Shown here: positions 19,763 through 29,995 of the stretch, one piece after another
Numbering within the stretch: the first letter of the stretch is position 1
Layout of the letters: every line of letters starts with the position of its first letter
Origin: a virus
DNA length: 64,000 nt
IMG/VR virus record: IMGVR_UViG_3300045988_177198
Reading direction: 5' to 3' (one strand)
The notes under the pieces: model-generated
Database searches by the model: none
The model's input: the letters and a program-made list of their open reading frames with translations, nothing else
What the model was told of the DNA's origin: nothing
Program-made: the position numbers and the translations under genes

Positions 19763-20699
19763 GTTCCGTTGTTTTCATCGGAACGTTTACGGTTTTGTCC
19801 GAGTTCTGGCATTTATAGTTTTTGATATTTAGTTTTTTGTTGGTTTTGCTGTTGCTTTTTTCATTGCATTGGCTGTTCCTGTATTGATGTTACCTTGTTC
19901 TGATTGTCGTTGACCTTGTTAGTGAGACTATTGACCTTTTCGCTGTTGTCGTTTTGTGCTGTGGTTGTTGTGTGCCGTCGTGTTGATACTGGTGTTCGGT
20001 TTGTCTTGTGATGGTGTGGCTTGTTGCTTTTCTTGTTTCTTGGGGCGTTTGGGTACTGTTGTTCTTCTGTCCTGTATGTCATATGGGTTGATATGTTGTT
20101 CTTTTGGTGGATGGTTGCGTTGCCTCTGTTGTTTTCATACGTTGTATTCCCGATTTAGGGGTAGACGTTTCTTCTTCTATTGTCCTTTTCTCTGTTGTTC
20201 CTTTCCTGATTATGTTGCTGAGTATTGTCCTGTTCTTCTGTTGCTTCTATTTGCTTAGGATGTCTTCTCTTATTTCTCTTATGTTCTTCTTTTTCTTTTT
20301 TTTCTTTTCTTTCTGGTTTTCTTGGTTCTTCTTTTTGATGTGATGGTGTTTGTTTTCTGATTTTTGGTGGGGAGTGTTTTCTATCTTTTTGTCTTTTTGT
20401 TTTTTGGTTTTTCTCTTTTCTTTTTTGAGTCTGCTATTCATGTTGACCTACCGGCGTGGACTGGATGGTTTTCATGGTTTTTCTGATAATGGTCAGGTGC
20501 TGTTCCTTTTTTCATATTTGTTGGGGACTCTTTTTGGTTCCGCTTTTCTGTTGGAACTACCGGCGCGGGCGGCGCGGGGAATTGTTTTTCCCGTTTTCCC
20601 CGTTTAGGGATGCCGTCGGGCGTTACACTCGTAAATTGAAAATACAGAACACCTCGTTCCGACTGTTAACAGCCTGTACGACCGGAGTGTTCGCTGGAT
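19763..20699. other. ~0.94-kb low-GC, A-depleted (G+T-rich top strand) non-coding spacer between divergent operons
   Basis: Visible composition shift; almost no A on + strand over long stretches; all six-frame ORFs are low-complexity artefacts. Confidence 0.5.
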
Positions 20700-21422
20700 A
20701 TGACGAAAGAAGGTATGATGCCAGACTTCACCAATTGGGGATTCAACAACAACCAGCAGTCGGAGCAGGACAATGGTTACGGTTCCGACAATTATGCTGA
20801 ACCGGAGCAGTCTTCTGTCGAGGAGTCGCAGACGGAATCCGATTCTCTTAATCAGGAGAGTTCGGAACCTGTCGCTGACGTGTCCGCACCGGCTGATGGT
20901 GAGGACATGAACGTGGACGCTGAGTCCACTGAAACCGAAGACAAGCCGAAGGGGAAAGGTAAGGGCCGTTCCAATCGCAAACCGCGTGAAAAGACCATGC
21001 CGCACATCGAGGAACAGTTCGGCAAGAAGCTGATTCCTCTTGTCAAATCGTTGGATGACGAGCGTGTGGTTTCTCTTGCCAAGGCGTTGACCGATACGAA
21101 GAAGAGCACTCCGGAAGCAGTGCTGGACGCATTGACCGAGCCGAAGAACCAACGTCGAATCTCCGAGTTCGCGTCCGCGTTGGAAGGGTTGGCTACAGCC
21201 GAGCCGGGCATGATTGCCGCAGAGGTGACGTTGGTGTTCGCGCAGGGCAAGGATATGACCAACCTGCTGTTCTCCGTGCTGAACGCGGTCGCGCCGGAGA
21301 AGAATTTCGGCCGTCCAGTTGACGACCAGTCTCCTGCCGGAATGCGTAAGAACCTGAGCAAGATTGTCGATAATTGGGGTGACGGTGTTGACCTTTCCGT
21401 TATCGATGAGCTGAAAATCTGA
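20700..21422 (+). CDS. hypothetical acidic protein
   Basis: 240 aa; N-terminal Glu/Ser/Asp-rich region then KGKGKGR basic patch; followed by strong terminator. Confidence 0.5.
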   Translation: MTKEGMMPDFTNWGFNNNQQSEQDNGYGSDNYAEPEQSSVEESQTESDSLNQESSEPVADVSAPADGEDMNVDAESTETEDKPKGKGKGRSNRKPREKTMPHIEEQFGKKLIPLVKSLDDERVVSLAKALTDTKKSTPEAVLDALTEPKNQRRISEFASALEGLATAEPGMIAAEVTLVFAQGKDMTNLLFSVLNAVAPEKNFGRPVDDQSPAGMRKNLSKIVDNWGDGVDLSVIDELKI

Positions 21423-21442
21423 GTTCCCATTCCGACATCATT

Positions 21443-21480
21443 GAGGGGAGTCGGCCTTACGGTCGGCTCCCCTCTTTTCA
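21443..21480. terminator. bidirectional rho-independent terminator
   Basis: gaggggagtcggcc-ttac-ggtcggctcccctc hairpin followed by TTTT; lies between convergent genes. Confidence 0.55.
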
Positions 21481-21488
21481 AGCTTGGA

Positions 21489-22253
21489 CTATTGTCTGCG
21501 ACGTAATCTCAAAGCGTCTTCGGACGAGTACACTCCGAACGGGCTGATGGTCACGCTGTATTTCGTTATACGATACGTCCACTCGTTCTGACTGTCGTTC
21601 AACTCCTTGAATCTATTTAGAAGATTCTGCTTGGAGAGGCTTTGCCTGCTTGCTGGAAGCAGTGATGGAAGGTCTGCCCGTTCGATGATGAGCCTATGGT
21701 CGTTCGGACAATACAATGCCGCCAATACGAGCAGGTCTATCGCTATGGCGCTACCCGCGTTGGGGTACAGACACTTCAACGGCATCTGCCGGACGTTCCT
21801 TGTCATCATTTTTACGAACGGTTCCGTGAACGTGATTTTCCGATGCTCGATAGTGAGACTGTCGGCGGTGATTTCGGTGTGTTCGACCGGCGTGACTTTG
21901 ACTCCGTCCGCTCCGGTGAACTGGATTGACGAGAGCATGAGAAGCTGGTTCCGGACGGTAGTGCGTCCGTCTCCTCCACTGTTCAACCCGCATTTGTTGG
22001 CGAGGAAGAAGAAGTCGTCACCGATGGTGAGCGTGCGGGTTTCCGCATCCCATTCGCGGCTTGGCGTGTTGATGAGAGTGGTGATGATTATGCTTAACAG
22101 TCTCGGTACTCTACCGGAGAAACTGTTCTTGGTTTTCGCACGATAGGGTGCGAACAGTGGATAGGATTCCGCGGTGAGATAGCCGATATCGTAGCCGAGT
22201 ATCGTATGATAGTCGGCTTTCAGGGTCTCCAGCCCATAGGTTCCTTCGTTCAT
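21489..22253 (-). CDS. hypothetical protein
   Basis: 254-aa ORF. Confidence 0.5.
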   Translation of the reverse strand: MNEGTYGLETLKADYHTILGYDIGYLTAESYPLFAPYRAKTKNSFSGRVPRLLSIIITTLINTPSREWDAETRTLTIGDDFFFLANKCGLNSGGDGRTTVRNQLLMLSSIQFTGADGVKVTPVEHTEITADSLTIEHRKITFTEPFVKMMTRNVRQMPLKCLYPNAGSAIAIDLLVLAALYCPNDHRLIIERADLPSLLPASRQSLSKQNLLNRFKELNDSQNEWTYRITKYSVTISPFGVYSSEDALRLRRRQ

Positions 22254-22628
22254 TGTGTCTCCTTATAAAAATGACGGGCGTGTGGTTCCGTCGATAACAC
22301 AATGATACCCCCAGTATTGTGAGGTCGGATACCAAAAGGTGCCGGTTGACAGCATCGTCCACCGGCACCCTTATAGGTTATAAGTCTTTCCTATCCGGCT
22401 TTAAACCGTTCCCATCCGTATCGGGTTTTTTATCCCTACCCACAGGTCTACGAAGTCCAGAACCGGATTGTCCGGCCACACGACGTTCCAATCGAAGCTG
22501 ATACCGAATCTTCTCCAAGGTCTTCGACGTGTCCGTGATGTTCCCTTTACGGGCTTCACGAATCCACAGTTGACAACCCCGGTCGAGCATGACGACATCG
22601 GATAGTTTCGGTTGCCTTCCGGAACGTT

Positions 22629-22895
22629 TCAGTGACTTCGCCGGTGTCTGGTTTTGGTGTTGCTCATCGTCGCACATTCCGCCCACCTTTCCTTTTCACT
22701 GGGGTGGGCGAGCTGGTGTTGCGCCCACTTTCTCGCTTGTTTCATAGCGGCTTTCTTGCCGCCGTTGAGAGTGTGGGCAGTACCGTTCGCAATGGGAGTG
22801 AAGAATCCTTCATCTTCCACTTCGGCGCTCCACAGATATGACATGAAACCGTTTCTGCGGACATTGATATCGAACTTGTATCCGTCACGGTTCAC
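22629..22895 (-). CDS. hypothetical small protein
   Basis: 88 aa, 4-nt overlap with upstream AAA ATPase gene. Confidence 0.3.
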   Translation of the reverse strand: MNRDGYKFDINVRRNGFMSYLWSAEVEDEGFFTPIANGTAHTLNGGKKAAMKQARKWAQHQLAHPSEKERWAECATMSNTKTRHRRSH

Positions 22896-23791
22896 TGGTT
22901 GGAAACCTCCATCTTCAGAGAGTTGAAAGCATTGACGAACAGGTCGGTCGGAATGGTTTCCGAACCGGAAATCAAAGTCTTACGGGACAGATTGTCCACG
23001 GTTTGGACAAGCAGGGCCGGACTAACGTCTTCTATGTCGATGTCGAGCGGTTGAACGTCGGCTTGGATGTTCAACTCCTTGAGTCGGCGCATGATGATGA
23101 GTCTTGAAGTCGCCTTGTCCGGTAGTGTCATATGAACCCGGACGTCGAACCTACGCCATGCGGCACGGTCTATAAGACTGCTCATGTTGGTGGCGCAGAC
23201 GAGAATGCAATCATCTGGTAGCGTGTCGATTTTCTGGAGTACGAGATTGGTGGCTCGACGCATTTCGGCAACGTCATGGGAGTTGTCGCGTCGGGCAAGA
23301 AGCATGTCGCATTCGTCTATGAACAGGAGCTTTCGTTCCACGTGTAGCCGGTCGAACACCAAGGCGATATTGGTTAACGTCTTACCGAGCTGACTGCTGA
23401 TAACACGGTCTGCACGAAGAATAACACCGTCCAGTCCAAGCCTCTCCGACAGGATGGAAGCAAAGGTGGTCTTGCCCGTACCGGGCGCTCCAGTGAGTAT
23501 GATTCGATTACGGGGAGCGAGATTATGCGCTGTCAGAACATCCAGTTTCTTATACTCGGCAACCAGTCCGTCCAATAGTTCCCGCACGGTCTTATCCCAC
23601 ACAGGCTTATGAGTACCGTCCGGTGGGAGCAACGGTTCGGTCAACCCGTCAACCGGTACCAGACTCGCATTGACAGCCAGTCCCTTCTCGCGTTCCGACT
23701 CCGCCAGCAGTTCGATTTGCTGTGCAAATTTCAAATGGTCTCCGTTGCATGCAGCTCTGACCAGTCGAAGCATTTCCGTGCTGTTTAACAT
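22892..23791 (-). CDS. AAA-family ATPase
   Basis: Walker A 'GAPGTGKT', Walker B 'LLFIDECD'. Confidence 0.7.
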   Translation of the reverse strand: MLNSTEMLRLVRAACNGDHLKFAQQIELLAESEREKGLAVNASLVPVDGLTEPLLPPDGTHKPVWDKTVRELLDGLVAEYKKLDVLTAHNLAPRNRIILTGAPGTGKTTFASILSERLGLDGVILRADRVISSQLGKTLTNIALVFDRLHVERKLLFIDECDMLLARRDNSHDVAEMRRATNLVLQKIDTLPDDCILVCATNMSSLIDRAAWRRFDVRVHMTLPDKATSRLIIMRRLKELNIQADVQPLDIDIEDVSPALLVQTVDNLSRKTLISGSETIPTDLFVNAFNSLKMEVSNQ

Positions 23792-23887
23792 ACTGACCTT
23801 CCTGCTTTCTGAAAATGATTCTTGTCAATAAACGTTATGGTCAATGTTTGGGAAGTAGAAGGAAATATAAATACGGCAGTCTTCCAA

Positions 23888-24118
23888 TTATTTGAGAGAG
23901 GAACCATAGACGATGATGGAACCCACCGAAACCGACAACACCAGCAGTGACACGACGGTCATCAGCCGATAGTTGAACAGGTCTGAACGGGATTTCTCGT
24001 CAGGCATCCGACTCATTCTTCCTATCGACAGTCGAGCGTAATGCACCAGCGCGGTCAAGCTCAACGCCGACAATATTATGAGAGAAACCATGCAACATAT
24101 CTGCTCTTTGGAATACAT
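23888..24118 (-). CDS. small membrane protein
   Basis: 76 aa, two TM helices. Confidence 0.3.
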   Translation of the reverse strand: MYSKEQICCMVSLIILSALSLTALVHYARLSIGRMSRMPDEKSRSDLFNYRLMTVVSLLVLSVSVGSIIVYGSSLK

Positions 24119-24459
24119 CAGACGCCTTTACGAAGCCACAAATCTGGATGGTCGAGATACGGGTACAGTTCGGGAATCTTTCGCACAGCTTCCCGAATCC
24201 AACCGTTCTCGCAGATACGTTCTAAATAATCTAATGGCTTGCGTTGCAGGGACTTCGACTTGGTGTTCCGTGCCTTGTGGATTGCTTCCACAGCCTTCTT
24301 GTTCGCCTGTTGGAATGTGATTTTCCCTTTGGCCTTATCGTCCGAAATGGTTTGCAACCTTGCTATCAGACGGTTGATGGTAGCCATATCCTTGGCGTAT
24401 GGGCGTGCCGGAATGGCTGTTCTGCTTATGTCTTCCTTGCCGAATCCGTTGCCGCTCAA
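24118..24459 (-). CDS. hypothetical protein, paralogue A (NGWIREA...YPYLDHP motif)
   Basis: 113 aa; shares C-terminal motif with adjacent gene. Confidence 0.5.
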   Translation of the reverse strand: MSGNGFGKEDISRTAIPARPYAKDMATINRLIARLQTISDDKAKGKITFQQANKKAVEAIHKARNTKSKSLQRKPLDYLERICENGWIREAVRKIPELYPYLDHPDLWLRKGV

Positions 24460-24911
24460 ATCGTTGCCTTCCTTTCCTTTTTACGGCTATGGTCTCGATG
24501 TTTGCCCCACCGTTCCGGATAGTCCAAGTCCGGGTAAACCAAGCCCATCTCATTTGCCGCTTCACGAATCCAACCGTTGGTGCAAAGCTTGCAGAGTCGT
24601 ACCATGGGGCCGCTCGTGGCTCGTGGCATTCCTCCGTTGGTGGTCGCCACCGCGTCCACGGCGAGATGGTTCGCCTCCTCATATGAGATTGTTCCGTCGC
24701 TTTTACCGTCGGCTATCTCCCACAATCTTTTACGCAGGTTGAAGAGCTTCTTGGCCTTCTCGAACGTTGGATGGTATGTCTGTATGGTTTCCGGCATTGT
24801 CCTGTCCGAATACTCCTTTCGTGTTGTCCACTGTGCTCGGATTGCGTTTTTCAGGTCAGAGTCCGGCCTGTTGGAAACGGCCAATCCAATATTTGTAGTC
24901 GGCGTCCGCAT
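24456..24911 (-). CDS. hypothetical protein, paralogue B (NGWIREA...YPDLDYP motif)
   Basis: 151 aa; tandem paralogue of 24118..24459 with 4-nt overlap. Confidence 0.5.
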   Translation of the reverse strand: MRTPTTNIGLAVSNRPDSDLKNAIRAQWTTRKEYSDRTMPETIQTYHPTFEKAKKLFNLRKRLWEIADGKSDGTISYEEANHLAVDAVATTNGGMPRATSGPMVRLCKLCTNGWIREAANEMGLVYPDLDYPERWGKHRDHSRKKERKATI

Positions 24912-25236
24912 ACGCTTTGTTGCATGTGGTGAGGATTTCCTGATATCGGACTTGAAGGTCGGGTTGGTATCGTTCAGTGGACTTCGGGAGCACTGTGGTC
25001 ATGGCCCCATGGTTGAACAGCAACACCTCACGGTCGGCGGCTTCGTGTTCGAGTTTGCGGTCGATTCCCTCAAACCATTGGTGTACCTCGTCGTCGTTTG
25101 GCAGTCGGCCTTCGCCAATCATTCTGCTCATGGTGTCCTTGAGGTCGAGCAGCGCGTCCTGCATGCGTTCGTTCTTGAACAGGAGTCGTTCCACTTCGGT
25201 TCTCGGCTCTCGTTCGGTGTTGTTTTTATCGTCCAT
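24856..25236 (-). CDS. hypothetical protein
   Basis: 126-aa ORF. Confidence 0.4.
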   Translation of the reverse strand: MDDKNNTEREPRTEVERLLFKNERMQDALLDLKDTMSRMIGEGRLPNDDEVHQWFEGIDRKLEHEAADREVLLFNHGAMTTVLPKSTERYQPDLQVRYQEILTTCNKAYADADYKYWIGRFQQAGL

Positions 25237-25680
25237 TGGTTTCCTTCATTCCTGCGAACATGCCTATGCCCCAGTCCGTTCGGGCTGGGGCATTCCTGTT
25301 TGTTTTAGGCGTCGAGTTTCTTGATGAAGTGAGCGAACAGTGCGGTGGAGCTGAGTAGGAATGTGATGCTGGTGATTGCCATTACCACGTGTCCGTAATC
25401 CTGTCTCCACATGAGGAGTGCGCTGACGATTGTGATGAGTGTCAGTGTCAGGTTGATGTTGTTTTCCGTCTGTTTGCTCATGGTTTCTTCTTTTTGTTCT
25501 GGCGTGTTGGGGAGTGTGTGGCTCCCTTTTTTGTGGACGTTTCCAGTATAACAAAGGGTGTGGTCGAACGCAAATCATCCGACTGCGAATCTCCGAACGC
25601 TTGCATACCCCCACCTAGTGTGTTAAGCTGACCTCGCCCACACAAAACATTCCACAGGAACGGAAAAGACCACAAAAACA

Positions 25681-25905
25681 ATGAGCGCAACCGAATACGA
25701 CAACGGCAACACATCCGCACTCCAAGTCATCGACAACGAGGGAACAAACAAGCTCACCATCCTCCAATCCCCCAGCTTCGGCAAGGAACTCATGTTCACC
25801 ATCACCGACAGCGACACCGCGACCAGCGTCGTCGTCAACGATATAGAAACCCTCCGCAAAATCAGAGACTTCCTCAACGAAAGCATCCGCTGGATGGAAG
25901 CGTGA
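25681..25905 (+). CDS. hypothetical small protein
   Basis: 74 aa, first gene of rightward operon. Confidence 0.4.
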   Translation: MSATEYDNGNTSALQVIDNEGTNKLTILQSPSFGKELMFTITDSDTATSVVVNDIETLRKIRDFLNESIRWMEA

Positions 25906-25908
25906 ACC

Positions 25909-26460
25909 ATGGTCGAAGACACCGTCTGCACCATCGGCGTATATGGTGGCCGACAACCGTCTATACTCGTCAACAACCATCTCGTCTACGGTCGGATGCC
26001 CGACTCCGAAACCCAGCCGGACATCATCGCGGACGTTCCGAAGAACAGGCTCGTTGCCAACCTCAACCCAGCCTCCGACGGCATGACGGACAGTCCCAGA
26101 CTTCCGTTGGAACTGTTCGCCGCATGGCTCGCCAACGGTGACGTGGGCATCAGCTCGCTCGCCATCGTCCAACGGCTCACCGGAATCACAATGACCGTGA
26201 ACGGCACGCGCAAACATGGTTGCGAGGACACTCCGAAAGACCCCGGAGACCTACGTCGGATACTCGGAATGTTCGACATGGTGCCAGTCGCACGTGCCTA
26301 TCTGAGTCTCATGCGCGATGTGTCGGACGATTGGAAAACCATCATCGACCATTGGGACGAACTCGAAAAACAGTATCGGAAAGAGGAACACAATCCATCC
26401 GGTTGCGCCCCCAAAACCTACCGGATACTGAAACGATTGAAGGAAGGAAACCATGCCTAA
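25909..26460 (+). CDS. hypothetical protein
   Basis: 183 aa. Confidence 0.45.
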   Translation: MVEDTVCTIGVYGGRQPSILVNNHLVYGRMPDSETQPDIIADVPKNRLVANLNPASDGMTDSPRLPLELFAAWLANGDVGISSLAIVQRLTGITMTVNGTRKHGCEDTPKDPGDLRRILGMFDMVPVARAYLSLMRDVSDDWKTIIDHWDELEKQYRKEEHNPSGCAPKTYRILKRLKEGNHA

Positions 26461-28216
26461 CAAAGACATCAAAACCGAACCACGGTTCATGACCATGATT
26501 CAGAAAGACCTCCTCCCGACATGCAAGGCGTTGAATCTCGACGTTGACCCGTTCGCCAACGCGCGAACCGTGTTCATCGACCGTGACAGCGTGGGACGGA
26601 TTCTCTCCTACATGAGCGACCATGAAATCAACCCCGAATGGTACGGCCTCCTGCCTGATAATCTGTTCGTCGGAACCGGACTGCCGGTACTCACCGGCGT
26701 CGAAGGAGAATACTTCGCCCGTATGACCGGACGGAACCTCACCAAGAAAGTCGCGGCGAAAACATTCATCGCGGACATGGAAGCCTACTGGCTGAGCAAG
26801 GACAATCTGAAACGGACTGACGGTACGAAAGGCAACGGAACCACGCTCGGTTTCGGACGTTGCCCCGGACTACGCGAAGCCAGCCGATACAACGAACGCA
26901 TCTTCAAAAGCAACGAATACGAGTACACGAATCCCGTGGACGAGTATGGCATCGACACTGTTTCACGTTACCGTCAGGTTGGTGAAATCTACAATGAGGT
27001 CGGACAATGCTTCAAGGGAATGGCACAGGCGAGTACTCCCCTCGCACCATTCGTCTTCCTCACCCATAAGGAATACGAGGGCGGACTGGACACGGTTGTG
27101 AACCACTGCCCATACATCACCCATTCGGACGCCACCCGCATCATCGACGGGATGAGACAGTTCCCTCCGAAACGAAGCGTGGACAGGTTCATGCTCGCGT
27201 TCACCATGACCGCGTTCGCGTTCGCCATGAATCAGGTCGAGGAATCCGAACAGTACGAGACGGTCGAAGTGAAACCACCGAAAACCGAAATCAGACGGCA
27301 TTCCGGCGCTCCGAAAACCACGTTGCTTATCCATTTGAAACCGGAAGAGCCAGCACCCAAGGCCACGCCATCCTACGCCGGTGAAACCGACGAATACGAT
27401 TGGGACAGCATCACCGGACGGGTTGAAACCATCACCCCGGACGTTGCCAAGGAAATGCTCGGCGTGAACACCAACAACCGCAACGTGAGCCGCACACAGG
27501 TCGAACTGTTCGCCCGAACCATGGCGCAGAAGGCTTGGAAAATGAACGGCGAAGCCATCAAATTCAGCAACACGGGACGCTTGTTGGACGGCCAGCACAG
27601 GCTCCTCGCATGCGTCGAATCCGGTGTTCCGTTCCGCACTCTGGTCATTCGCGGACTGCCCGAAGACACGCAGGAGACCATGGATGCAGGCAAGAGCCGC
27701 ACCATGGCTAACGTGCTCGAACTGAAAGGCCGTAACAACGCCAAACAGCTTTCCACCGTGGCCCGTTCCATCTATCTGAGCGAACAGTTGGGTGTGGAAG
27801 CCGCATGCGTCAACAACATGTCACCGACCCGAAATGAACTGCTGACGTTCATCGAAAGCACTCCGCAATTGGAGGATACGCTACGACAGGCCAGCACGTT
27901 CTACACGAAAAGCAATCATCTCATGTCCACCAGCATGGCCGCGCTCCTCTACTGGACGTTCAACGAAATCGACGGTGAGGCGTGCGAACGGTTCTTCGAC
28001 ATGCTCGCCTCCGGCGCTAACCTTGACGAGGGAAGCCCCATTCTCGTACTCCGCAACACGCTGTTCGATATCAATAAGCGTGGAGCGCACAGCGACCGTC
28101 CAACCCGCCGACGCATCGTCGGAATCACCATCAAAGCGTGGAACAAATGGCGTGGGGGAGCGACTGTGAAACTCCTCAAATTCTCTCCGAACGAACAGTT
28201 CCCGGACGCAATCTGA
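26453..28216 (+). CDS. ParB/Srx-superfamily DGQHR-domain protein (DndB-like/ParB-like nuclease domain)
   Basis: 587 aa; 'GRLLDGQHRLLA' motif at aa ~385 matches the DGQHR/ParB N-terminal domain signature. Confidence 0.55.
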   Translation: MPNKDIKTEPRFMTMIQKDLLPTCKALNLDVDPFANARTVFIDRDSVGRILSYMSDHEINPEWYGLLPDNLFVGTGLPVLTGVEGEYFARMTGRNLTKKVAAKTFIADMEAYWLSKDNLKRTDGTKGNGTTLGFGRCPGLREASRYNERIFKSNEYEYTNPVDEYGIDTVSRYRQVGEIYNEVGQCFKGMAQASTPLAPFVFLTHKEYEGGLDTVVNHCPYITHSDATRIIDGMRQFPPKRSVDRFMLAFTMTAFAFAMNQVEESEQYETVEVKPPKTEIRRHSGAPKTTLLIHLKPEEPAPKATPSYAGETDEYDWDSITGRVETITPDVAKEMLGVNTNNRNVSRTQVELFARTMAQKAWKMNGEAIKFSNTGRLLDGQHRLLACVESGVPFRTLVIRGLPEDTQETMDAGKSRTMANVLELKGRNNAKQLSTVARSIYLSEQLGVEAACVNNMSPTRNELLTFIESTPQLEDTLRQASTFYTKSNHLMSTSMAALLYWTFNEIDGEACERFFDMLASGANLDEGSPILVLRNTLFDINKRGAHSDRPTRRRIVGITIKAWNKWRGGATVKLLKFSPNEQFPDAI

Positions 28217-28239
28217 CCTTGGAAAGGACGAACAAAAGC

Positions 28240-28608
28240 ATGGTCGAAAAACCGAACACATCCCCGGCGAAGCTTCTGACCGCAGACGAGGCTTTGGCCT
28301 TGGGAAGACGACCGGAAGTCGTCAACGTCTTGAAAAACAAGCACGGATGGTGGGTAATCTTCACCACCCAATTCCAAGACGAAGTGACCCTCCGATATCT
28401 GCAAGGGGAACGTCCCTCGGAGATATTCCGCAGTCACAATCTCGGACCGGAAGTCCTCGGATACAAGCGCATAGAACGTTGCATATACCGGTGGGTCAAC
28501 CATCCCAGCAAAACCCGTATCAGACGTTGGCAAGCGGAACACCGCCTATATGAGACGTTGAACAACAAGCAAACCAATCCTGACAAGAAGGAGAACGGCG
28601 ACAAGTGA
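28240..28608 (+). CDS. hypothetical protein
   Basis: Internal Met (MVEKPN) with AAAGGA RBS; track ORF starts at 28138. Confidence 0.4.
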   Translation: MVEKPNTSPAKLLTADEALALGRRPEVVNVLKNKHGWWVIFTTQFQDEVTLRYLQGERPSEIFRSHNLGPEVLGYKRIERCIYRWVNHPSKTRIRRWQAEHRLYETLNNKQTNPDKKENGDK

Positions 28609-29945
28609 GCGTCCCCACACCAATCCACAAGGACATGGCCGAACAAGTGTTGTTGGGGGCCATGCTTCAAGACGCGGAAACGTTGGACAAGGTCATCAGC
28701 CAACTTTCCGAAGAGGACTTCTACCAGCCGACCAACCAGACCATCTTCCATAATATAAAGGAACTGGCCGCAGACAATAACCGTGTGGACGCGCAAATGC
28801 TGTCCTCGCACATGATGGACAACGGACAGTTGGAACAGGTTGGCGGCATCGACTACATCGCCCAGCTTGTCGGCTCCGCGCCCACGTCGAACAACAGTGA
28901 CTATTTCATCAAGCAGATTCGTGACGCGGCCATCCTCCGCCACATCAACGTGGTCGGACAGCAGTTGCAACAGATGAGCAACGTATCCGACGCGTCAGCC
29001 GAAGACGTGCTCAGCAAATCGTTGGAGGCCGCGTTCTCGTTGGAGGATTCAAGCCGTTCCGAAGACGACGAGTTGAAGACCGCATACCGCCTGTCCGACG
29101 AAATGCTCCAACAGTTGGATGAAATGTCACAGAATCCGAACGAGTTCGGAACACCCACCGGCTTCCGTGACATCGACGCGTTGACGCACGGATTGCAAGC
29201 CGGACAAATGGTCATAGTCGCGGGCCGTCCGGGCATGGGCAAGAGTACTCTCGGCATGGATTTCGCGCGTAACGCCGCACTGCACAAGGGTCTGCCGACT
29301 GTGATTTTCAGTCTGGAAATGGGCGGTCACGAACTCATGCAACGCATGTTCGCAGCCGAAACAGGCATCCGTCTCGCATCGTTCCAACATCCCGAGAATC
29401 TGAACTCGAATGATTGGAACAAACTCAACGCGCTTTGCCATCAGGTCGAGAAGGCACCATTGTGGGTTGATGATTCCGCCATCATCAACATGAGCACCAT
29501 CCGTGCGAAATGCCGTGCTCTCAGCCGCAAGGTCAACGGGTTGAAGCTTATCGTCATCGATTATCTGCAACTCATGTCCTCCGGTAAAACCGTCGAGAAC
29601 CGTCAGCAGGAAGTATCGAACTTCTCCCGCCAATGCAAAATGCTCGCCAAGGAACTGCAATGCCCCGTGGTCGTGCTCTCCCAGTTGAACCGTAATGCGG
29701 AACAACGCGCCGACAAAAGACCGGAACTGTCCGACCTGCGAGAGTCCGGTTCCATCGAACAGGACGCCGACATGGTGTTCCTCGTGCATCGTCCCGAATA
29801 CTACGACCGTGAGGAACGTCCGGGCGAAGCCGACGTGATTCTCGCCAAACACCGTAACGGGCCTACCGAAACGTTCAATCTCGCGTTCATGGGCGAATGC
29901 TCCAAATTCGCGGACATGGCCGCAGACTTCGAAAACGAGTTCTGA
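28605..29945 (+). CDS. dnaB: replicative DNA helicase DnaB
   Basis: 446 aa; N-terminal DnaB helical domain, Walker A 'GRPGMGKST', 'IDYLQLM', 'SQLNR' and 'NGPTE' motifs. Confidence 0.9.
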   Translation: MSVPTPIHKDMAEQVLLGAMLQDAETLDKVISQLSEEDFYQPTNQTIFHNIKELAADNNRVDAQMLSSHMMDNGQLEQVGGIDYIAQLVGSAPTSNNSDYFIKQIRDAAILRHINVVGQQLQQMSNVSDASAEDVLSKSLEAAFSLEDSSRSEDDELKTAYRLSDEMLQQLDEMSQNPNEFGTPTGFRDIDALTHGLQAGQMVIVAGRPGMGKSTLGMDFARNAALHKGLPTVIFSLEMGGHELMQRMFAAETGIRLASFQHPENLNSNDWNKLNALCHQVEKAPLWVDDSAIINMSTIRAKCRALSRKVNGLKLIVIDYLQLMSSGKTVENRQQEVSNFSRQCKMLAKELQCPVVVLSQLNRNAEQRADKRPELSDLRESGSIEQDADMVFLVHRPEYYDREERPGEADVILAKHRNGPTETFNLAFMGECSKFADMAADFENEF

Positions 29946-29995
29946 AACAAGTTCTGTCATAGTGGGTACGCCCACAAAAAAGAAAGGAAAAGTCA

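Noticed and set aside
19956-20800. Plus-strand ORFs of 79-114 aa (Cys/Phe/Leu/Trp-rich) and minus-strand Lys/Asn/His-rich ORFs (19861..20082, 20247..20441) inside the A-depleted spacer
   Set aside because: Pure low-complexity translations of a compositionally skewed sequence; no RBS, and overlapping each other in several frames
25313-25480. ~56-aa minus-strand two-TM micro-ORF (MSKQTENNINLTLTLITIVSALLMWRQDYGHVVMAITSI...)
   Set aside because: Plausible small membrane protein but below reliable size and without clear RBS; left uncalled
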